A DNA stretch of 64,000 bases from the NCBI GenBank assembly GCA_963666515.2, contig OY762897.2:2080001-2144000 (forward strand), written 5' to 3'. The notes beneath the pieces are model-generated. The model searched no databases. It was not told the DNA's origin and saw only the letters and a list, made by a program, of their open reading frames with translations. The DNA comes from Candidatus Binatia bacterium (lineage in GTDB: Bacteria; Desulfobacterota; Binatia; UBA9968; JAJDTQ01). A program made the position numbers and the translations under genes. Below are positions 58,745 to 64,000 of this stretch, piece by piece. Numbering within the stretch: position 1 is the first letter of the stretch; each line of letters begins with the position of its first letter.

Positions 58745-59581
58745 CTAGAAAAACGCCAGGGTGCGCATCTCGATGCTCTCCCGGGCCGGCGCATCGGGAG
58801 GCGTGTCGGGGTCGTCGAAGGCGCAGTGCAGGGTCCAGCGGGCGCGCCCGTCCTTCTCGGACTCGAAGGTCTTGAACACCACGGCCTCGTGGCGCTCCAT
58901 GTGCGGAAAGTAGTACCAGTAGTGCCTGGGATTGAAGGTGTAGTGCAGCGTCTCGCCGCGCCGGTCCGGGTAGATGCGCGCGGTGGGGATGGCGCCCTCC
59001 ATGCCGGTGCTGCCGGCGTCGCAAATGGCCAGCGGATCCCGAATCACCGGCCGGTTGATGGGACGCCAGGTCTGGATCACGCCGAACCGGCCCTTGAGTA
59101 GCTCCTCGGCTTCGTCCGGCAGAATGTCGCGCACCCGCTGCGGCCCGGACCAGTCCGTGTAGTCGTTGTGGGCGCCGCGCACCGGGCCGCCCACCTGCTT
59201 CGCCTCCCGCGTGGCCTCGTCGCCCGAGCGCAGCGTGTGGTCGAACACCACCACGCGTTTCGCCCCGGAGGTCTTCTTCACCAGCTCCTCGGTCTCCTTG
59301 TAGTAGACCGTGCGCACCTCTTCCTCGTCGTAGAAGTCCTTCATTTGCGTGTCGTGGCGCACCAGCACGAAGCCCTCGCGCTCCAGCGAAAGCCCCCCGG
59401 CCAGGAGCCGCGCGTTGTGGATAGCGACCGTGTGGCTCTCGTAGTTGCCCCTGCGCCTTCGGTCGGCCTCCTTCTGGCTCATGCCGCCGTAGCTCGCGGG
59501 GGCCTCGGTGTCTTTCTTGAGGTAGTTGACCACGCCCTGTATGCATTCCGGCTGTGCCGCCTCTTGGGGTCTTGCCATCAC
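58745..59581 (-). CDS. CmcJ/NvfI (AsaB-like) oxidoreductase
   Basis: FDHTLR, AHNDYT, WRPI, PLAICDA, HCAF, RESIEMR. Confidence 0.85.
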   Translation of the reverse strand: MMARPQEAAQPECIQGVVNYLKKDTEAPASYGGMSQKEADRRRRGNYESHTVAIHNARLLAGGLSLEREGFVLVRHDTQMKDFYDEEEVRTVYYKETEELVKKTSGAKRVVVFDHTLRSGDEATREAKQVGGPVRGAHNDYTDWSGPQRVRDILPDEAEELLKGRFGVIQTWRPINRPVIRDPLAICDAGSTGMEGAIPTARIYPDRRGETLHYTFNPRHYWYYFPHMERHEAVVFKTFESEKDGRARWTLHCAFDDPDTPPDAPARESIEMRTLAFF

Positions 59582-59608
59582 GCCCTCCTTCGGATCGGGA
59601 AATCCTGA

Positions 59609-60727
59609 CTAGTCAAAACCATAAAACCGCGCGCAGTTGTCCCACAGGATCTTGCGCTTGGCCTCGTCGGACAGGTCGAGTTCCAGGAACCCCTCCACCG
59701 CATGGGGATACTTGGAGTCACCGTGCGGGTAGTCGGTGGAAAAGACGAGCTGGTCGCAGCCGAACTCCTCGATGGTGAACCGCGCCGGGGTCTCGTCCGG
59801 CTCGATGGAAATCCAGCATTGGTCCTTGAAGTAATCGCTGGGTTTCCGGTCCAGATCGGGCATGTAGACGTCGCCCTCCCGCTCGAAACCCTCGTCGAAG
59901 CGCCAGAGGAGCCACGGCAGCCACGAGCAGTTGGCTTCCAGGAACGCCACCCGCAGCCTGGGATGACGCGCGAGCACGCCGCCGCCGACAAAGCTCCCGA
60001 GCCCCATCATCTGCTCCAGGGGCTGGGAATAGACGCGCCTCAGGCCGAAGTTGGGCTCGAACTGCTCGCCGGCCTGGGCTGTGCGGGAAGTGGTGGCTTC
60101 GTGGAACCCGATGGGAACGGCCAACTCCTCCAGGGTATTCCACAGGGGCTCGTAGTACGGGTCGTGCAGGGCTTTGCCGTTGACGATGTTGGACCTCAGG
60201 AAGACCGTGCGGAAGCCGTACTCGCCCACCACCCGGCGCGTCTCCTCCACCGCGTCGTTGATGTCGTAGACCGAGATCATGCCGGCGCCGAACAGCCGGT
60301 TCGGGTCGGCTCGGCAAAAGTCGTGGAGCCAGTCGTTGTAGGCCCGCGCCAGAGCCGCGGCGAATTCCCGCGTGTGTCCCGGAAAGGTGAGCACATGGAG
60401 GCCCCGGGTCGGGAACAGCACCGCGGCGTCGATGCCCTCCACGTCCATGGCCTCGAGCTGCACCTCGCCGGTCCAGCCCCTTTCGGAGTGGTCACGGTAG
60501 GTGTTCTGGTTCTTCTCGTAGTTGTGGCCGCGATGCTCCTCCGTGCCGGTGCGGCGCGTCTCAGCCGCCTTGTCGGGGAAGCGCAGCCCCAGGTCCCGAA
60601 CGTTCTCGGACGTGCGCCCCAGCGGAGCCTGTGCCTGAAACTCCGGCGGCAGGTACCGGGGCCACAGATCCGTGGGTTCCATGATGTGCATGTCGCTGTC
60701 GAATACTTTGAAACCGTCCCTGGCCAT
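59609..60727 (-). CDS. Amidohydrolase family 2 protein
   Basis: FDSDMHIMEP, EGIDAAVLFPT, FSTDYPHGD. Confidence 0.9.
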   Translation of the reverse strand: MARDGFKVFDSDMHIMEPTDLWPRYLPPEFQAQAPLGRTSENVRDLGLRFPDKAAETRRTGTEEHRGHNYEKNQNTYRDHSERGWTGEVQLEAMDVEGIDAAVLFPTRGLHVLTFPGHTREFAAALARAYNDWLHDFCRADPNRLFGAGMISVYDINDAVEETRRVVGEYGFRTVFLRSNIVNGKALHDPYYEPLWNTLEELAVPIGFHEATTSRTAQAGEQFEPNFGLRRVYSQPLEQMMGLGSFVGGGVLARHPRLRVAFLEANCSWLPWLLWRFDEGFEREGDVYMPDLDRKPSDYFKDQCWISIEPDETPARFTIEEFGCDQLVFSTDYPHGDSKYPHAVEGFLELDLSDEAKRKILWDNCARFYGFD

Positions 60728-60808
60728 GAACTTGCCCCTTTCCTTGCGGGGAGCCCACACGCGCCGCCTTGGGGGCCGCCGCCCGCTCCGTCTCCCCGAT
60801 GGATGAGA

Positions 60809-60835
60809 AAGGCCGCCCCTCGGGAGGGCGGCCTT
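60809..60835 (-). terminator. Intergenic hairpin / probable terminator
   Basis: AAGGCCGCCC-N7-GGGCGGCCTT just after the 60840 stop; only a short T tract. Confidence 0.55.
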
Positions 60836-60839
60836 CGCG

Positions 60840-61901
60840 TTACTGTACCGGCTGAGAAATGTCGAGTTGGTAGAGGTTCTTGACGTTGGTGCAGACCAGC
60901 TTCTTCCGTATGTCCGCCGGCAGGTGGCCCAGGTCGCGCTCGATATAGCGCTTGGACTCCGGCCACGTGGAGTTGGCGTGGGGGTAGTCGTTGGACCACA
61001 TGCAGTTGTCCTGACCCCACCACTCGAAGTTGTGCCCGGCCACCGTGTCGCGGAAGAAGGTGCCGAAGAACTGCTCGTTGAAGTACTCGCTGGGGTTCTT
61101 GGTGATGGAGATGGGGTTCTCTCCCTTGAACCGGTTCCAGTAGTAGTCCCACTGCTGCAGCATGAACGGCATCCAGCCGATCTCGTTCTCGACGCACACG
61201 AACTTGAGCTTGGGGTGGCGCTCCATGATGCCGTAGAAGATGAAGTCGAAGACGGCGTTGATGATCTCCTGGAGCTTCAGGTTGACGCTGCCGCGGTAGG
61301 GCTCGACGCCGATGCGCTGGTTACCGAACACGGTTTTCTTGTGGTAGCCGTGGCCGGTGAGGATGTGCAGGTGCACCGGCAGCTCGAGGTCCGCGGAAGC
61401 GGCCCAGAACTTCTCGTAGTGGTCCGAGTGGAACGGCAGGTCCGCGTGCGGCGCCTGCCAGATGAGCGAGCCCTTGAGACCCTTCTTGGCGCAGCGCTCG
61501 AGTTCCTTCACCGCGTTGTCGATGTCGTACATGGAGATGGCCGCCACCCCTACCAGCCGGTTGGGCGCCACCGAGGAGTAGTCCACCACCCAGTCGTTGT
61601 AGGCGCCGAATGAAACTTCCTGCAGCTTGGCGTCATCCATGGCGAAGTGCGGCAGCAGGTAGGTCGGGAAGAGTACCTCCGCGCTCACCCCGTCGGTCTC
61701 CATCTCGGTGATGCGCTTGTCCGGGTCCGATCCGCCCGGCTGGGTCTGAAAGCTCTCCCCCAACTTCAACTGGGGAAAGCGCGGCACCTGGTCCCTGTAC
61801 CCTTTGGGAGCCCTTTCCACCAGGATGTCCGACGGCTCCATGACGTGGGAGTCCGATGAAATAATGACTTCACAGCCCGCCAGTGTTCCGTTGTCTGCCA
61901 T
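60840..61901 (-). CDS. Amidohydrolase family 2 protein
   Basis: ISSDSHVMEP, DGVSAEVLFPT, WSNDYPHANSTWP. Confidence 0.9.
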   Translation of the reverse strand: MADNGTLAGCEVIISSDSHVMEPSDILVERAPKGYRDQVPRFPQLKLGESFQTQPGGSDPDKRITEMETDGVSAEVLFPTYLLPHFAMDDAKLQEVSFGAYNDWVVDYSSVAPNRLVGVAAISMYDIDNAVKELERCAKKGLKGSLIWQAPHADLPFHSDHYEKFWAASADLELPVHLHILTGHGYHKKTVFGNQRIGVEPYRGSVNLKLQEIINAVFDFIFYGIMERHPKLKFVCVENEIGWMPFMLQQWDYYWNRFKGENPISITKNPSEYFNEQFFGTFFRDTVAGHNFEWWGQDNCMWSNDYPHANSTWPESKRYIERDLGHLPADIRKKLVCTNVKNLYQLDISQPVQ

Positions 61902-61995
61902 TTGATTGTCCCCCTTGCGAACGTTTCACAAATTTTCGCGCACTTAACCTAGCGTCTAGCATTACCGGTCTTGGGGCGTCAAGATTCGCCCTCCT

Positions 61996-63174
61996 TCACG
62001 TAACGCCGTTCTCGCGCAACTCCGCCAGCGCCTCCTCGTCGTAGCCGAGGCCGCGCAGGATTTCGTCGGTGTTCTCGCCCAGAACCGGCGCCGCGCGGTG
62101 AAACCGCATGGGCGTGTCGGACAACTGGATAGCGTTGCCGATGAGGTTGCTTGTCCCCATGCCGGGATGGCGGATCTCCTGCGGCAGGCCCATCTCCTTC
62201 ACCTGCGGGTCGTCCAGCACCTCCTCGATCTTGTATATCGGCGCGTTGGGCACGCTGACCGCGTCCAGGGCATCAAGCCAGTGGTCCCGCGGCTTTTTCT
62301 CGAACTCCGCCTGCAGGATGGGGACGATGTCATAGTGGTGCTTCCAGCGGTCGTTGCGGGTGGCGAAGCGCGGGTCGTCCAGCAGGTCCCGGCGGCCCAC
62401 GGCGCTCACCAGCCCCTCCCAGGCCTTCTGGTGTCCGGAGAGGTGGATCACCAACGGTTTACGGTCGCTGGGGATGAAGCAGTAGATGCGCCCGCGCGGG
62501 AAGTTTTCCCGGGTGATGGCTTCGCCGCCGTTCAGGTAGTCGGCCATGTGCGACTCGATGAACGCCAAGCTGATGCGCAGCAGCGAGGCGTCGACGAACT
62601 GGCCGCGGCCGGTGTGGTGGCGCGCCAGCAGCGCCCCGAGGATGCCGTAGGCGGCGAACACCCCGGTGGAATGATCGGTGACCGAGACCCCCACTACCTT
62701 GGGCTTGTCGAAGTCGGTCATGAGGCTCAGCATGCCGCTCAGGGCTTGGCCGATGGTGTCGAAGCCGGGCTTGTCGCGGTAGGGGCCCTCCTGGCCGTAC
62801 CCCGTGATGGAGCAATGGACCAGCCTGGGATTGAGTTCGGAAAGGCGCTCGTAGTCGAGGCCGAGCTTCGTGCGCGTCTCGGGACGGAAGTTCTCCAGCA
62901 GGACATCAGCCTTTTCCAGCAGCTTGAGCAGGATCTCCTTGCCCTGGGGCTTGCGGAGGTCCAGGGTGAGGCTCCGCTTGTTGCGGTTGAGCGCCCGGAA
63001 GCTCGGTCCGTAGCCCTCGTACAGCGGATTCCGCCCGCGGTGCGTATCACCCCCGTCGGGCAACTCCACCTTGATGACGTCGCACCCGAGGTCGCCCAAG
63101 AGGCTCCCGCAGAACGGCCCGGCCACGTGGCCGCTTAGATCCAGCGCCATGGTCCCCTGCAATGCCGCGTTCAT
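61996..63174 (-). CDS. CoA-transferase family III (CaiB/BaiF)
   Basis: AGPF, VIKVE, NRNKRS, ENFRP, GFD. Confidence 0.93.
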   Translation of the reverse strand: MNAALQGTMALDLSGHVAGPFCGSLLGDLGCDVIKVELPDGGDTHRGRNPLYEGYGPSFRALNRNKRSLTLDLRKPQGKEILLKLLEKADVLLENFRPETRTKLGLDYERLSELNPRLVHCSITGYGQEGPYRDKPGFDTIGQALSGMLSLMTDFDKPKVVGVSVTDHSTGVFAAYGILGALLARHHTGRGQFVDASLLRISLAFIESHMADYLNGGEAITRENFPRGRIYCFIPSDRKPLVIHLSGHQKAWEGLVSAVGRRDLLDDPRFATRNDRWKHHYDIVPILQAEFEKKPRDHWLDALDAVSVPNAPIYKIEEVLDDPQVKEMGLPQEIRHPGMGTSNLIGNAIQLSDTPMRFHRAAPVLGENTDEILRGLGYDEEALAELRENGVT

Positions 63175-63398
63175 GATTCAGGACGCCTCCCTTTCGCCAC
63201 ACCGCTGCCACTGCCCTTGAGACTCCGTAGTGGACCAATTCGCACAGATCGTTCGATAGTTCCCGCATCGGGGTTCTCGGGCATGACGAGTTCCAGGAGA
63301 AGCTGCAGTCGCTGGTTCCCGGACAGCTTCCGGTAGTAAGCGTAGTCGGCTTCTTCTTCCTCGGCGAAGGAGGTGAATTTGCGAACTACCCTTTCCAT
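63171..63398 (-). CDS. Small hypothetical protein, antitoxin-like
   Basis: MERVVRKFTSFAEEEEADYAYYRKLSGNQRL resembles small genes that precede nucleotidyltransferases (recalled, not searched). Confidence 0.5.
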   Translation of the reverse strand: MERVVRKFTSFAEEEEADYAYYRKLSGNQRLQLLLELVMPENPDAGTIERSVRIGPLRSLKGSGSGVAKGRRPES

Positions 63399-63493
63399 AA
63401 CGGCCTTCGACGGCTTCCCAGTATAGCCGATATGGACCATAGTGGGGAACGGGAACAGAGGATTGAGATGACCGAGATACCGACGGAGGACTC

Positions 63494-63874
63494 GTGAAGG
63501 ACGGAATCGTGAAAGGACTCGAAGGCGAGTGGGTGATCGAAACGACGCGGGAGATGGCGGCGGCGCATATCGCGGACGAAGGTCTCCTGGTCTACTCGAC
63601 GCCCGCCATGGTCGGCCACATGGAGCGCGCCTGCGTGGAGACGGTACGCCCGTACCTGGACGACGACGAGGTGTCGCTGGGGGTGCGGGTAGAGATCTCC
63701 CACATCGCCGGAACGGGAATGGGCGAGACCGTCCGCACGAGCGCGAAACTCACCGGCGTGGAAGGCCGCCGCCTGAGCTTTACGGTGGAGGCGCACAACG
63801 AACGCGAGAAGATCGGCGAGGGTAGCCACCAGCGCGTGGTGGTGAAACGGGACCGGCTGCCGTCAAAGAAGTGA
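63494..63874 (+). CDS. FlK-like hotdog thioesterase
   Basis: VYSTPAMVGHMERAC, ISHIAGT, IGEGSHQR; GGAGG RBS. Confidence 0.88.
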   Translation: MKDGIVKGLEGEWVIETTREMAAAHIADEGLLVYSTPAMVGHMERACVETVRPYLDDDEVSLGVRVEISHIAGTGMGETVRTSAKLTGVEGRRLSFTVEAHNEREKIGEGSHQRVVVKRDRLPSKK

Positions 63875-64000
63875 CCACCCGCCGCCCCGCGCCGGCGCCG
63901 GGCCGCGCTTGACAGCCCGTCGGGGCGCGTGGTGATATTGGGCGCCGCGCGGGTTTGGCTGCGCGGGCGGCTTCGGCAAGAACTTCATGGGCGTGCGACG

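Noticed and set aside
63909-63939. TTGACA promoter near the window end
   Set aside because: No good -10 at 16-18 nt spacing and the downstream gene cannot be evaluated

Overview
High-GC bacterial window with no rRNA, tRNA or CRISPR array. It contains mostly minus-strand catabolic and transport operons interrupted by a mobile/defence region. (1) 1-19.6 kb: bicupin dioxygenase, LLM monooxygenase, FbpAB-like ABC components, an amidohydrolase and two paralogous hydantoinase/oxoprolinase A+B pairs with one Zn-ribbon gamma-type subunit. (2) 19.6-38.2 kb: a remodelled accessory island with orphan AbrB/MazE antitoxins, a broken BsuBI/PstI-type R-M pair, a Fic protein, a YeeABC-like methylase-helicase-GIY-YIG cluster with a DinJ-YafQ pair inside it, and a low-GC islet. 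(3) 38-64 kb: tripartite tricarboxylate transporter, acyl-CoA catabolism genes, Fe oxygenases, amidase, amidohydrolases. The two strongest observations: a 1.87-kb IS-like element without terminal inverted repeats (20065-21935), bounded by CTAG, sitting in a reconstructable palindromic target, with a highly structured leader and one ORF carrying Rep_trans-like (not DDE/HUH) motifs; and a UGSC selenoprotein (47191-47772) with an in-frame UGA and SECIS-like hairpin that the ORF track splits in two. All family assignments come from motif recognition, not database searches.
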